Counted from the first letter of the stretch, positions 19,823 to 30,405 are shown. The stretch: DNA of 64,000 bases from an uncultured Gemmataceae bacterium (GCA_963750165.1 CAVVPN010000011.1:1856001-1920000), one strand, 5' to 3'. Notes: a model not told the origin generated them from the sequence alone. Made by a program: numbers and translations.

Positions 19823-20902
19823 ATGGCGCGGGTGGTACTGGCGATGAGCGGCGGCGTGGACAGTTCCGTGGCCGCGGTCCTGCTGAAGCGGCAGGGCCAC
19901 GAGGTCATCGGCCTGTTCATGCGCACGGGAGTCCACGCGCCGGCAGACACGGGGCCGGCGCACAAGAAGGGCTGCTGCAGCGCCCTGGACGCCGGCGACG
20001 CCCGCCGCGTCGCCGACCGCCTCGACCTGCCGTTTTACGCGCTGGACTTCGAGCAGGATTTCCAGCGCATCATGGACTACTTCGTCGATGAGTACACCAT
20101 CGGGCGGACGCCGAACCCGTGCGTCGTCTGCAACAACTGGCTGAAGTTCGGCAAACTCTGGTCCTACGGCAAGCAGCTCCAGGCCGACTTTGTCGCCACG
20201 GGGCACTACGCCCAGGTGCTGCGCGACGGTGACGGGTACGCGCTGCACCGCGGCGCCGACCCGGCGAAGGACCAGTCCTATGTGCTGTTCGGACTGCGGC
20301 GGAGCCTGCTGCCGCACTTGCTGTTTCCGATCGGCGGCTATCGCAAGGACGACGTGCGGGCGCTGGCGCGGGAAGCGGGCCTCGGTGTCGCGGACAAGCC
20401 GGACAGCGTCGAAATCTGCTTCGTGCCGGACAACGATCACGCCAGTTTCATTCGCGCCCGCCGCCCGGACCTGAACCGCGCCGGCGCCATCGTGGACACG
20501 GCCGGTAACGTGCTGGCGGAGCACGACGGCATCGAACGCTTCACGGTCGGCCAGCGCAAGGGCCTCGGCTTTGCGGCCGGCGCTCCCCGCTACGTGCTGG
20601 AGATCGTGGCGGAGCGCAACGAGGTCGTCGTCGGCGAACGTGACGAGTTGCTGGCGTCCGGCCTGGTGGCGTCGCGCGTCAACTGGCTGATTGACGCACC
20701 ACAGACGGAACCGCTGACGTGTCAGGCCAAAATCCGCTACCGGGCCACGGCGGCGCCGGCGACGGTGACGGCGACGGCGGACGGTGGGGCGCGGGTGACG
20801 TTCGCAGCGCCGCAGAGCGCCGTGACGCCGGGGCAGGCGGTCGTGTTCTACGACGGCGACCGCGTGCTCGGCGGCGGTTGGATCGAGCAGGCGGTCGATT
20901 GA
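19823..20902 (+). CDS. mnmA: tRNA 2-thiouridine synthase MnmA
   Basis: AMSGGVDSSVAA, TPNPCVVCN, ATGHYA, KDQSY, EICF, TVGQRKGLG, VTPGQAVVFY. Confidence 0.97.
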   Translation: MARVVLAMSGGVDSSVAAVLLKRQGHEVIGLFMRTGVHAPADTGPAHKKGCCSALDAGDARRVADRLDLPFYALDFEQDFQRIMDYFVDEYTIGRTPNPCVVCNNWLKFGKLWSYGKQLQADFVATGHYAQVLRDGDGYALHRGADPAKDQSYVLFGLRRSLLPHLLFPIGGYRKDDVRALAREAGLGVADKPDSVEICFVPDNDHASFIRARRPDLNRAGAIVDTAGNVLAEHDGIERFTVGQRKGLGFAAGAPRYVLEIVAERNEVVVGERDELLASGLVASRVNWLIDAPQTEPLTCQAKIRYRATAAPATVTATADGGARVTFAAPQSAVTPGQAVVFYDGDRVLGGGWIEQAVD

Positions 20903-20926
20903 ATCAACCAGAAGGCGGGCGCGGCG

Positions 20927-21355
20927 ATGGACATTCTCAACGACGTGTTCGGCCGCCTGACATGGGACGACCATGCCGGCTGCTGGTTCGGCGAAATCGC
21001 CTGGCCGCCGGGCCTGCACACGGAGGTGGTGTTGTGTCAGCCGGACGCCGACGTGGCCGCGGGGTTGCGCACGGCCCGCGCCAGCCTGGACTGGCTGCAA
21101 GGCCACGACGAGGACGCCCTGCGCTGCGTGGCGGAACAATTGACGCACGTTTACAACACCGCCTGGCGCGAGGAGGCGGTGCCGATCACGCAGGACGAGT
21201 TCATCGGCCGGCTCACACCAGTGCGGATCGTATTCGGCGAGGACGGGGCGCTGCTCGTCACCTACGACGGCGGCGAGGAGATGTTCGACGGCCAGTACAT
21301 TGACGCGGAGTTCGGCTCCGACGGCGCCTTCCGCGGCGCCAAACTCGTGGATTGA
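20927..21355 (+). CDS. DUF2262/DUF6985-like protein
   Basis: DVFGRLTWD...YNTAW...ITQDEFIGRL...YDGGEEMFDGQYI. Confidence 0.65.
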   Translation: MDILNDVFGRLTWDDHAGCWFGEIAWPPGLHTEVVLCQPDADVAAGLRTARASLDWLQGHDEDALRCVAEQLTHVYNTAWREEAVPITQDEFIGRLTPVRIVFGEDGALLVTYDGGEEMFDGQYIDAEFGSDGAFRGAKLVD

Positions 21356-21438
21356 GTTTGGGCGAGCGGCGCGGCGTCAGCCCGCCGTATCAGAGACGGC
21401 ACGGCGGGCTGACGCCGCGCCGCTCGCCCAAACTCAAT
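21351..21438. repeat. 38-bp-stem palindrome between convergent genes; same family at 40681-40748
   Basis: attgagtttgggcgagcggcgcggcgtcagcccgccgt-N12-acggcgggctgacgccgcgccgctcgcccaaactcaat; the arms include both TGA stops. Confidence 0.9.
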
Positions 21439-22234
21439 ACTTCGCCATCTCGGCGCGCGGCTTCTGGACGCCGACCAGCTTCTGCGTGATCTCCGCGACG
21501 CCATTGAGCATCATCTTCAACTCACTGCCGATGGCGATGAACTGCCAGCCCTCCGCGATGCGGAAGTTGGCCTCGTCGGCGTTCGCGACGTGGATTCCCG
21601 CCGGCACCTTGTGCTTCTTGCACGTCTCCAGAATGTGCTTCAGCGCCTGCGTGGTCGCCTCACCGCTCGGGCCCTTGCCGTCCTTGCTGCGCATGCTCGC
21701 GGCCAGATCATTCGGGCCGACGAAAATCGCGTCGATGCCCGGCACCGAGAAAATTTTGTCCGCGTCCTCGACCGCCTGGATGTGCTCGCACTGGAGCACG
21801 ACCAGCAGTTCCTCGTTGGCGCGGGCGTAATACTCGTTGGCGGTGGCCTGGAAGTTCAGCGCGTGAGCGCTGCCGCCGACGCTGCGGGTGCCGTGCGGCG
21901 GATACAGCATCGCGGACACCGCCGCCTCGGCCTCGGCCCGACTGTTTACCATCGGCACCACGACGCCGTGAGCGCCGTTGTCGAGCACACGCTTGATGTG
22001 GTCGTGACGGTTGCTCGGCACCCGGGCCAGGGCGACGCAGCCGGCGTCCGCGATGGACGCGAACATGTGCGTCGCCGTCTCCCAGTCCACCAGGCTGTGC
22101 TCGATGTCCACCGTCAGCCAGGCGAAGCCCGCCCGGGCCATGAACCGCGTCGCCGTGATGCTGCCCAGCGACAGCCAGGTGCCGACCGCGGGGTGTCCGT
22201 CCTTCAGTGCTCGTTTGACCGGGTTGGGTCGCAT
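21434..22234 (-). CDS. HpcH/HpaI aldolase-family protein
   Basis: GFAWLTVDIEHS, KRVLDNGAHGVVVPMV, YPPHGTRS, QCE, DAIFVGPNDL. Confidence 0.92.
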   Translation of the reverse strand: MRPNPVKRALKDGHPAVGTWLSLGSITATRFMARAGFAWLTVDIEHSLVDWETATHMFASIADAGCVALARVPSNRHDHIKRVLDNGAHGVVVPMVNSRAEAEAAVSAMLYPPHGTRSVGGSAHALNFQATANEYYARANEELLVVLQCEHIQAVEDADKIFSVPGIDAIFVGPNDLAASMRSKDGKGPSGEATTQALKHILETCKKHKVPAGIHVANADEANFRIAEGWQFIAIGSELKMMLNGVAEITQKLVGVQKPRAEMAKY

Positions 22235-22268
22235 CTTTTATCCTTGGTCATTAGTCATCAGCCATTAG

Positions 22269-22463
22269 TCAATCGTCACGGTATCGGGGCGGCCGCGGCG
22301 GTGGTTTGCACGGGCCCTTGCCCGGGCTGACTGGGAGGTGGTGCCGCGATTGAGCGTTGTCGGCCTGAAGGTCCAGGTCGTCATCGTCGTGGTAGTGCGG
22401 GTCTTCGTTTTCCACGGGCGGCCGCGCCCGCGACTCGGTGGGGTTGGGGGGAGATTCATTCAT
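22269..22463 (-). CDS. Small Pro/Asp-rich hypothetical protein
   Basis: MNESPP...HYHDDDD...PPPRPPRYRDD; GAGG upstream of the ATG. Confidence 0.45.
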   Translation of the reverse strand: MNESPPNPTESRARPPVENEDPHYHDDDDLDLQADNAQSRHHLPVSPGKGPCKPPPRPPRYRDD

Positions 22464-22588
22464 GTGTACGCCTCGACGGGATACCTTGTTCTCCACAACG
22501 TGGGGGATGCACCTCGGGCTTGGTGGTATTATAACTACGCAGGGCTTCTGGTTCACCGACGAATTTTCGACTTTCCGCGGGGAGCGCG

Positions 22589-23578
<990 letters not shown>

Positions 23579-23623
23579 GCAGAAGTCAGAGGTCAGCGCT
23601 GTCGTTCTGCCGCTTGCGGCTTA

Positions 23624-23722
23624 GGAGGCGCCGAACAACAACTTCGTAGGACGGCTCTCCAGAGCCGTCCCGACGGCTCTGGAGAGCCGTCCTACTCTTG
23701 GAAGTTGTTGTTCGGCGCCTCC
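23624..23722. mobile_element. 99-bp MITE with 22-bp perfect TIRs and TTA target duplication, containing a GTAG REP doublet
   Basis: TIR GGAGGCGCCGAACAACAACTTC at 23624-23645 and 23701-23722; TTA at 23621-23623 and 23723-23725; inner palindrome at 23646-23695. Confidence 0.85.
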
Positions 23723-23837
23723 TTAGCGCTGACTTCTGACCTCTGACCTCTGACCACCTGGCATTGTCCGCCGCGGCGCCGTTGGGTATCCTGACAATGC
23801 GCCCATTCCATCCCCTCACGGTTTCAAAACACCATCT

Positions 23838-24932
23838 ATGTGCCAGGTGCTTTTTTCGATTCCTCTCAACGCCATCAACGATGCCTGGCCCGCGATCCCC
23901 ATCTACGGCTACGGCTTCATGCTGTTCCTGGCGTTCGTGCTGTGTACCGTCCTGGCAGCGCGGCTGGCGGCGCGCGAGGGGGTGCCGCGCGAGGCCATCC
24001 AGGATCTGGCGATCTGGCTGTTCATCGCCGGTATCATCGGTGCGCGCATCACCTTCATGATCCAGTACCGCGACCAGATCAGCGGCAACTGGCTACTGGC
24101 CTTCTTCCGCATCTGGGAGGGCGGCCTGGTCTTCTACGGCTCGGCCATCGGCGGCGTGGTCGGCTACTTCCTGGCGTATCGCTTCGTGCTGAGCAAGTAC
24201 AAGATTTCGCACTGGAAGATGGCGGACATCATCGCGCCGTGCGTGGCCCTGGGCCTGTGCCTGGGCCGCGTCGGCTGCCTGCTCAACGGCTGCTGTTACG
24301 GCAACGTCGCCTGCCCGGACTGCCCACAGGTCGCCTATCCGCTGTCCAGCCAGCTTCGCTTCGTCATGGTCACCAAGGGCTATCAGACCGTGGCCGGCTT
24401 CACGTTCGCCGAGGAGAGCGCGCGCAAGGTCGAGGTCGGCGCCGTCGAGCCGGATTCGCCAGCGGCCCAGGCGGGTCTGCAGCCCGGCGACATCATCGTC
24501 AAGGTTGGCGACCGGGAAGTCTTCCAGCAGGGTGACGTGGCTCACTGGCTCACCCCCCGCGAATGGCCGAAGAGCAAAAACGACCTGCAGTTGACCGTGC
24601 GCCGCGGCCACGAGGAAAAGGTGCTGCCGGCCTTCGCGCCCTGGACCATCGGCCTGCACCCGACGCAGATTTACGAGTCGATCAGCATGGCCCTGGTGCT
24701 GTGGCTGCTACTGGCGTTCTATCCCTACCGCCGCCGGGACGGCGAGGTCATGGTGCTGTTCATGTTCTGCTACGCCCTGCACCGCTTCCTGGACGAGATT
24801 CTGCGCATCGACACCGATCCAGTGTTCCTCAACATGACGCTGTCGCAGAACGGCAGCATCCTGGTGCTCATCGCGGCGGTGGTGCTGCTGCTGATTCTGT
24901 GGCGGCGGCCGGTGCAGTACCGCCCGGTGTGA
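23838..24932 (+). CDS. lgt: Prolipoprotein diacylglyceryl transferase with inserted PDZ domain
   Basis: YGFM, IGARI, IWEGGLVFYG, GRVGCLLNGCCYG, HPTQIYE; insert VGAVEPDSPAAQAGLQPGDIIVKV. Confidence 0.9.
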   Translation: MCQVLFSIPLNAINDAWPAIPIYGYGFMLFLAFVLCTVLAARLAAREGVPREAIQDLAIWLFIAGIIGARITFMIQYRDQISGNWLLAFFRIWEGGLVFYGSAIGGVVGYFLAYRFVLSKYKISHWKMADIIAPCVALGLCLGRVGCLLNGCCYGNVACPDCPQVAYPLSSQLRFVMVTKGYQTVAGFTFAEESARKVEVGAVEPDSPAAQAGLQPGDIIVKVGDREVFQQGDVAHWLTPREWPKSKNDLQLTVRRGHEEKVLPAFAPWTIGLHPTQIYESISMALVLWLLLAFYPYRRRDGEVMVLFMFCYALHRFLDEILRIDTDPVFLNMTLSQNGSILVLIAAVVLLLILWRRPVQYRPV

Positions 24933-25338
24933 GCCCCGCAACGCCGGCGCACCACCATCGCCAGGCGGCGAGCAGTCCCAGGGCGATGCCGATCTGGTCA
25001 ATCACCACGTCGCTGAGCAGGCCGCTGCGGTACACCAGTTGTTCCTGGATCAGTTCGGTCGCGGTGGCGTGCGCCATCAGCAGGAAGAGCAGCCACAGAC
25101 GCCGCGGGGGAGCCAGCTGCAGCCAGCCGGTCAGGACGGTCAGCAGGGCGTACGCGGAAACGTGAACCGCCTTGGACACCAGGAAACGCAGGCTGATGTC
25201 GCCAAAACCGACGTTGTTCAGCCCGGGCGTTTCCGGCACCGGCGCGATCAGGGCCGTCGTCCAGGCAACCACGTACAGGCCCCAGATACACCAGCGCCAG
25301 GGGGGCGGCAGGTCGATCACTCGGCCGAACCAGTGCAT
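24868..25338 (-). CDS. VanZ-like membrane protein (3' end uncertain; overlaps lgt)
   Basis: SKAVHVSAYALL...ATELIQ...RSGLLSDVVIDQIG in the distal part of ORF 24868..26751. Confidence 0.75.
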   Translation of the reverse strand: MHWFGRVIDLPPPWRWCIWGLYVVAWTTALIAPVPETPGLNNVGFGDISLRFLVSKAVHVSAYALLTVLTGWLQLAPPRRLWLLFLLMAHATATELIQEQLVYRSGLLSDVVIDQIGIALGLLAAWRWWCAGVAGLTPGGTAPAAATESAAAPPPR

Positions 25339-25445
25339 CAAACTCGCGCTCCCCGCTAAGCCGCAAGCGGCAGAACCCCGACGCGGACGGCGCCACCGCT
25401 TTCGCTCCGGCGCTTGCGGCTCAGCGCTCCGCCTCGCACCGGCCC

Positions 25446-27422
25446 TCACGTCGCCGCCGCCAACTCCGCGGCGGGGGCGGCCAGCACCTCGTGCAGCGTC
25501 GTCAGCAGCTGGTCGGCCGTGAACGGCTTGAGCAGCACGCCGCGCACTCCGAGTTCGGCCGCCACGTCCCGCCTCTCCGGCCGCTCGGCGCTCATGGCGA
25601 CGACCACCACCTGCGGGTCGAGTTGCTGCAGTGCCCGGATGGTCGCTGGGCCGTCCATGACCGGCATCAGCATGTCCACCAGCACCAACCGCACGGCGCC
25701 GCGCCGCGCCGCGAATAGCGCCGCCGCCTCGGCGCCGTCCTGGGCCGTCAGCACCCGGTAGCCGGACGCCTCCAGGGCGTTGCGCGTGATCTCGCGGATG
25801 GCCCCCTCGTCCTCGACCACCAAAATCAGTTCGCCGCGGCCCTCCGGCAGCGGCCGCCCCAGGGCCTCCAGGGCGCACGGCACCGCCGCCTCCACCGCCG
25901 GCAGGTACACCGCGAAGCGGCTGCCGCGCTGCAGTTCGCTGGCGACCTCGATGAAGCCGTCGTGCTTCTTGACGATGTTCGCCACCGTGGACAGGCCCAG
26001 CCCTGTCCCCTGGCCGACCTCCTTGGTCGTGAACAACGGGTCGAAGATGCGCCCCAGGTGGTCCGGGGCGATGCCGGTGCCGGTGTCCTCCACGGTCAGC
26101 ACGACGTAGCGCCCGGGCTGCGTCCCGCGCCGGGCCGCCTCGTCCGCGTCCACGGCACGGTTGCCGCCGCGGATGGTCAGAGTGCCGCCCTGCGGCATCG
26201 CGTCCCGGGCGTTGATGCACAGATTCATTAAAACCTGGTACAGCTGCGTCACGTCGGCGTTGACTGGCCACAGGTCCGGCGCTGCCGCCAACCGCACCTG
26301 GACCGTCGGGGGGAAGGTCTTCGCGATCAGGTTGACGACCTCGCCGAGGAACGGCGGCAGCAGCAGTTCGCGGCGCTGCTCGTCGGAGCCGCGCACGAAC
26401 GTCAGGATTTGCTTGACCAGTTCGGTGCCGCACTGGGCGCTGAGCCGCATCGTTTCCAGCATGGCCTGGGCCGTGGGGTCGGGCACGGTGCGGCGCAGCA
26501 GACCGACGCCCATGAGGATCGGCGTCATCATGTTGTTGAGGTCGTGGGCGACGCCGCCGGCCAGGGCGCCGACGCTCTCCATGCGCTGGGCGCGCTGCAG
26601 CTGCTTCTCCAGTGACTTTTCCGCGGTCACGTCGCTGTTGATGGCGAACAGCGCCCGTGGCCGGCCCTCGTCGTCGGCCACCAGGGTAACGCGACTCTGC
26701 ACGATCAGTTCCCGGCCGTCGCGGTGGTAGTGCCGCAGTTCGCCGTGCCATTCCTTCTTCTGGACCAGCTCACGCCGCGGCAGCAATCCCTCTTCGCGGC
26801 CGCGCGCAGCAGCTCGTCGGCCGACTGGTCCAGCGCCTCGTCGGCGGCCCAGCCGTAGAGCCGCTCGGCTCCCTGGTTCCAGTAGAGAATGCGGTCGTTC
26901 AGGTCGCGGACGATCATGGCGTCGCTGGCCAGGTCCATCAGGCTGGCCTGCTCGCGCAGCGTCGCGCGTGCGCTCGCGCACGATCCGCTCCAGGGCCTGG
27001 TTCTGCGCTTGCAACTGCAGGTACAGGAAGCGCGTCTCCAGCAGGTTGTGGATGCGCAACAGCACTTCCAGGTTGTCGAGCGGTTTGCTGAGGAAATCGC
27101 AGGCGCCGGCAGCCAGGGCGCGGCGTTTCGACTCGGGGTTGATGTCCGCGGTCAGGATAACGATGGGCAGGTAAGTGCCGGGCGCCAGCAGCGGTTGCAG
27201 TTGCTCCATGACCTCAATGCCGTCGAGGTAGGGCATCATCAGGTCGAGCAGAATCAGGTCCGGCTGGAAGTCGCGGAACTGGACGGCGACGGTGCGCGGG
27301 TCGGTGACGCTGCGAAAGTTGGCGTAGCCGCCCTGCTTCAGGACGCGCTCCAGCAGGCGGATGTTGAACTCCTGATCGTCCACGATCAACACGCGCGCGT
27401 GCGAATAGGCGGTGGTGTTCAT
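25446..27422 (-). CDS. Hybrid sensor kinase REC-PAS-HisKA-HATPase-REC with compensating frameshifts in the PAS domain
   Basis: VLIVDD...DLMMP; GGVAHDLNN; QVLMNLCINARDAM; DTGTG; GTGLGL; C-terminal receiver. The first half of the PAS domain (SDAMIVRDLNDRILYWNQGAERLYGW) lies in another frame (26705..26938). Confidence 0.9.
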   Translation of the reverse strand: MNTTAYSHARVLIVDDQEFNIRLLERVLKQGGYANFRSVTDPRTVAVQFRDFQPDLILLDLMMPYLDGIEVMEQLQPLLAPGTYLPIVILTADINPESKRRALAAGACDFLSKPLDNLEVLLRIHNLLETRFLYLQLQAQNQALERIVRERTRDAARAGQPDGPGQRRHDRPRPERPHSLLEPGSRAALRLGRRRGAGPVGRRAAARGREEGLLPRRELVQKKEWHGELRHYHRDGRELIVQSRVTLVADDEGRPRALFAINSDVTAEKSLEKQLQRAQRMESVGALAGGVAHDLNNMMTPILMGVGLLRRTVPDPTAQAMLETMRLSAQCGTELVKQILTFVRGSDEQRRELLLPPFLGEVVNLIAKTFPPTVQVRLAAAPDLWPVNADVTQLYQVLMNLCINARDAMPQGGTLTIRGGNRAVDADEAARRGTQPGRYVVLTVEDTGTGIAPDHLGRIFDPLFTTKEVGQGTGLGLSTVANIVKKHDGFIEVASELQRGSRFAVYLPAVEAAVPCALEALGRPLPEGRGELILVVEDEGAIREITRNALEASGYRVLTAQDGAEAAALFAARRGAVRLVLVDMLMPVMDGPATIRALQQLDPQVVVVAMSAERPERRDVAAELGVRGVLLKPFTADQLLTTLHEVLAAPAAELAAAT

Positions 27423-27927
27423 GCAATACGTCCTCGTCCCGGGGCGCCGACCGCGCGAACCCCAACCGGGGCGCACTCCGGTCAGGGTTCGTCGGGCAGC
27501 TTTTGTGATAATACCTAATCGGCGCAGGAAATCGAAGCCCGCGCGCAAAAAACCACCCGGGTCTCTAGGGAATCCGCAGAGGAAGGCCGGTATCTGGCCG
27601 CCCGGCACCGGCCGGAGGAGGCGCCAGCGGGTGTTCAGGGTCGTTCGCTGCTGGCTTTGCGTCAGGTTGTAGATGGGGAATGAGCGCGTCCCCTGGGGCA
27701 GTCAGGGGGGTCTGTGAGATGAAACGAGACGAAAGCCCTCCCTGGCACCTATTGATATTGTACCGCCCAGCCTGCTCCCAGGGAAGCGCGCCGCCTGCTG
27801 ACCTCCTCGCCGAGTGCGAGAACCTACCAACCTTGTATCCGCGGTTCGTTTCGGCGAAAAGTATCTCCACGCGAGGCGTAATAATCTTGACAGGGTGAAC
27901 CCCACCCAGGATGCGAGGGTCTTACCG

Positions 27928-29064
27928 ATGACACAGCAGACACCACCCCTCACGGAAGAAGCGAGCCTCATGCAGCCCTTCACTCAGCGTGTGGAACCGC
28001 GACCGTATCAGCAGCGCATCGTCGAGAAGACGGTGGCGTACCTGAGCGGTGGCGACCAGTCGGTGCTGATCGAGAGCCCGACCGGCTCCGGCAAGAGCGT
28101 GATGGGTCTGCTCATCGGCAAGCAGATGCAGGAGCGGCACGGCTATCGTGTCGGCTGGGTCGCCAACCGCCGTTACCTCCTCGCCCAGGCCGCCGCCGAG
28201 AACGTCAACAAAAACATCGGCATCGACAACCTGCGGCTGATTTCGATGTTTGACAAGCAGCCGCCCGCGGACGTGGACCTGCTCATCGTGGACGAGTGCC
28301 AGCACGACGCCGCCGACAGCATGGCCCACATCCACAGCGTCGTGAAGCCGAAGCGAATCCTTGGTTTGACCGCGACGCCGTTCCGCACCGACCGCGTGAA
28401 GCTGTGCTTCCAGAAGGTCATCAAGGACGCCGGCATTCACCAGCTAATTCAGGACGGCTACCTGAGCCAGTACCACCACTACACGATGCCGAGCTTCACG
28501 CCGCTGGACGTGGCCGAGTTCTACGCCCGTGAGCCGGAGAAGTGGGGCAAGACGCTGTTGTTCTTCCACACACTCCAGCAATGCGCCGAGGCGAAGGCGG
28601 AGTTGAAGCGGCGCGGCATCGTCAGCGATGTGGTGACCGGCAGCAGCAACCGCGAGGAGCAGCTGGAGGCGTTCATCACAGGCAAAATCAATCTGCTCAT
28701 CAACTGCATGGTCCTCACAGAAGGCTTCGACTGCCCGGACCTGCAAACGGTGTTCATCCGGCCGAGCTGCAAGGGACCGACGATCCAGATGGGCGGCCGG
28801 GCGTTCCGCAAACACCCGCGCTATCCCATCAAGCAGATCGTGCAGTGCAAGAACTCCGCCTGGCCAATGACACGCACCGCCCAGCCGCTGGAACAGTATC
28901 TGTGGATGGGCGGCGAATGGCGGACGCTGAAGGTCAACCCGCACCTGAACGCCATCAACGCCCGCGCCCGGCTGGCCATCGCCCGCACCGAGGTGACGCT
29001 ACCGAAGCTTGTCGCCAAAAACTTGAACAAGCGCCGCCTCTTCGCGGGCCGCTCTGAGTTTTAA
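27928..29064 (+). CDS. Stand-alone SF2 (DEAD/DEAH, ResIII-like) helicase
   Basis: PRPYQ, SPTGSGKS, IVDECQH, LGLTATPFRTD, LTEGFDCP, QMGGRAFR. Confidence 0.9.
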   Translation: MTQQTPPLTEEASLMQPFTQRVEPRPYQQRIVEKTVAYLSGGDQSVLIESPTGSGKSVMGLLIGKQMQERHGYRVGWVANRRYLLAQAAAENVNKNIGIDNLRLISMFDKQPPADVDLLIVDECQHDAADSMAHIHSVVKPKRILGLTATPFRTDRVKLCFQKVIKDAGIHQLIQDGYLSQYHHYTMPSFTPLDVAEFYAREPEKWGKTLLFFHTLQQCAEAKAELKRRGIVSDVVTGSSNREEQLEAFITGKINLLINCMVLTEGFDCPDLQTVFIRPSCKGPTIQMGGRAFRKHPRYPIKQIVQCKNSAWPMTRTAQPLEQYLWMGGEWRTLKVNPHLNAINARARLAIARTEVTLPKLVAKNLNKRRLFAGRSEF

Positions 29065-29211
29065 GCATTAGCCACTCTCGCCCCGTTGTGGCCCGGTCAG
29101 AAGACCGGCCACAACCTGTGAGATTTGACCTTCAACCATCCATTGACCTCATTGCCATCGCCGGCCGCGTCCGGCGTGAGCGCGGCCCTGAAAGGAAAAG
29201 GAGAACCTCCG

Positions 29212-30330
29212 ATGATGAAGTTCGAGTACGGCTCGCTGGCCCTGCAAGACCTCAGCGTGGACGTGACCACCCACCCGAAGACCGGCAAGCGCGCCGTCAA
29301 GGAACTGCGGCTCAAGGGTGAGCCCGTCACGCCCAGCAAACGCTTCTGGACGAGCCTGCAAATTTACTACCGTTTCTCGGACAACATCTTCAACTACTTC
29401 GACCCCTCGGAAGTTTTCCAGCGCATCGCCGAACGCAAGCCGAACGACAAGATGCGCTACTGCGTCCAGCGCGACGGCGACGGCCACGGCACTCTGCTCG
29501 CCGTCACCGGTCTGAACAAGGCCGTCATTCACTACGACGCCCTGATGAACACTCTCAAGCAGTATGAGACAGAAAAGATCGCCTACACCAACGGTGTGCT
29601 GTCCTCGACGCACTCTCCGATGCGCGGCGGCGGTCTGTTCCAGATCAAGGGCGAAACCTTCGAGCGCCGCTTCGTCATGGACACGCCGGTGGACGGTTTC
29701 GGCCGGCCCAACATCTTTCTGTCACTGCTGCGGCAGGTCTGCACCAACGGCGCCATCGGCTACGCCAAGGCGTTTCGCACCGAGTTGCGTGTCGGCCGCG
29801 GCAACGATGATGTGCGCTACGCCATCGTGCGGGCGCTGGACAACTTCGGCAACGACGAGGGCTTCGCGGCGCTGCGGCAGCGCTTCGAGTCCGCGGCGGA
29901 CAGCTGGGCCAGCGTCGCGGAGTGCAACCGCCTGTACCGCGACCTGCTCCGTCTGCATACCTCCCGCCACATCGGCCACGGAGAAGCGACCCAACCGGCG
30001 AAGAAGGTCGGCACCGATGGCGCCGCGCTCGGCGACGTGTCCGGCTGCAAGATTATGAACCGTTTCCACGACCTGACGGGCGACCTGGTGCGGCTGTACG
30101 GCGTGGCCCAGATCGACGCGCTGTCGATCAAGCGCCAGCGAACGCTACCGGCGAAGTGCATGGTGTACGACCTGCTCAACTTCGCGACGGAGGTGGCGAC
30201 GCACCACGCCACGGACCTCGGCTCCAAGGCGCTGCAGGCGTACGTCGGCACCCTGGTCAGTCAGGAGTACGACATGGAGGGCACCGCCATTCAGTCGAAG
30301 GACTTCAACGACTTTTTCTTGAACAACTGA
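29212..30330 (+). CDS. DUF932-like protein
   Basis: LLRQVCTNGAIG (R-x-x-C-x-N-G) and C-terminal YDLLNFATEVATH; AGGAG RBS; GC hairpin plus T-run after the stop. Confidence 0.65.
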   Translation: MMKFEYGSLALQDLSVDVTTHPKTGKRAVKELRLKGEPVTPSKRFWTSLQIYYRFSDNIFNYFDPSEVFQRIAERKPNDKMRYCVQRDGDGHGTLLAVTGLNKAVIHYDALMNTLKQYETEKIAYTNGVLSSTHSPMRGGGLFQIKGETFERRFVMDTPVDGFGRPNIFLSLLRQVCTNGAIGYAKAFRTELRVGRGNDDVRYAIVRALDNFGNDEGFAALRQRFESAADSWASVAECNRLYRDLLRLHTSRHIGHGEATQPAKKVGTDGAALGDVSGCKIMNRFHDLTGDLVRLYGVAQIDALSIKRQRTLPAKCMVYDLLNFATEVATHHATDLGSKALQAYVGTLVSQEYDMEGTAIQSKDFNDFFLNN

Positions 30331-30405
30331 GGCGCCGGGCCGTACACTCAAAACACGCGCCGCGCCGGGCGCCCACCGGCGCGGCGCTGTTTTGGGAGAA
30401 CCCCT

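Noticed and set aside
27705..27745. Hammerhead-ribozyme-like ctgtgag...cgaaa
   Set aside because: The core lacks CUGANGA and stem II does not pair properly.
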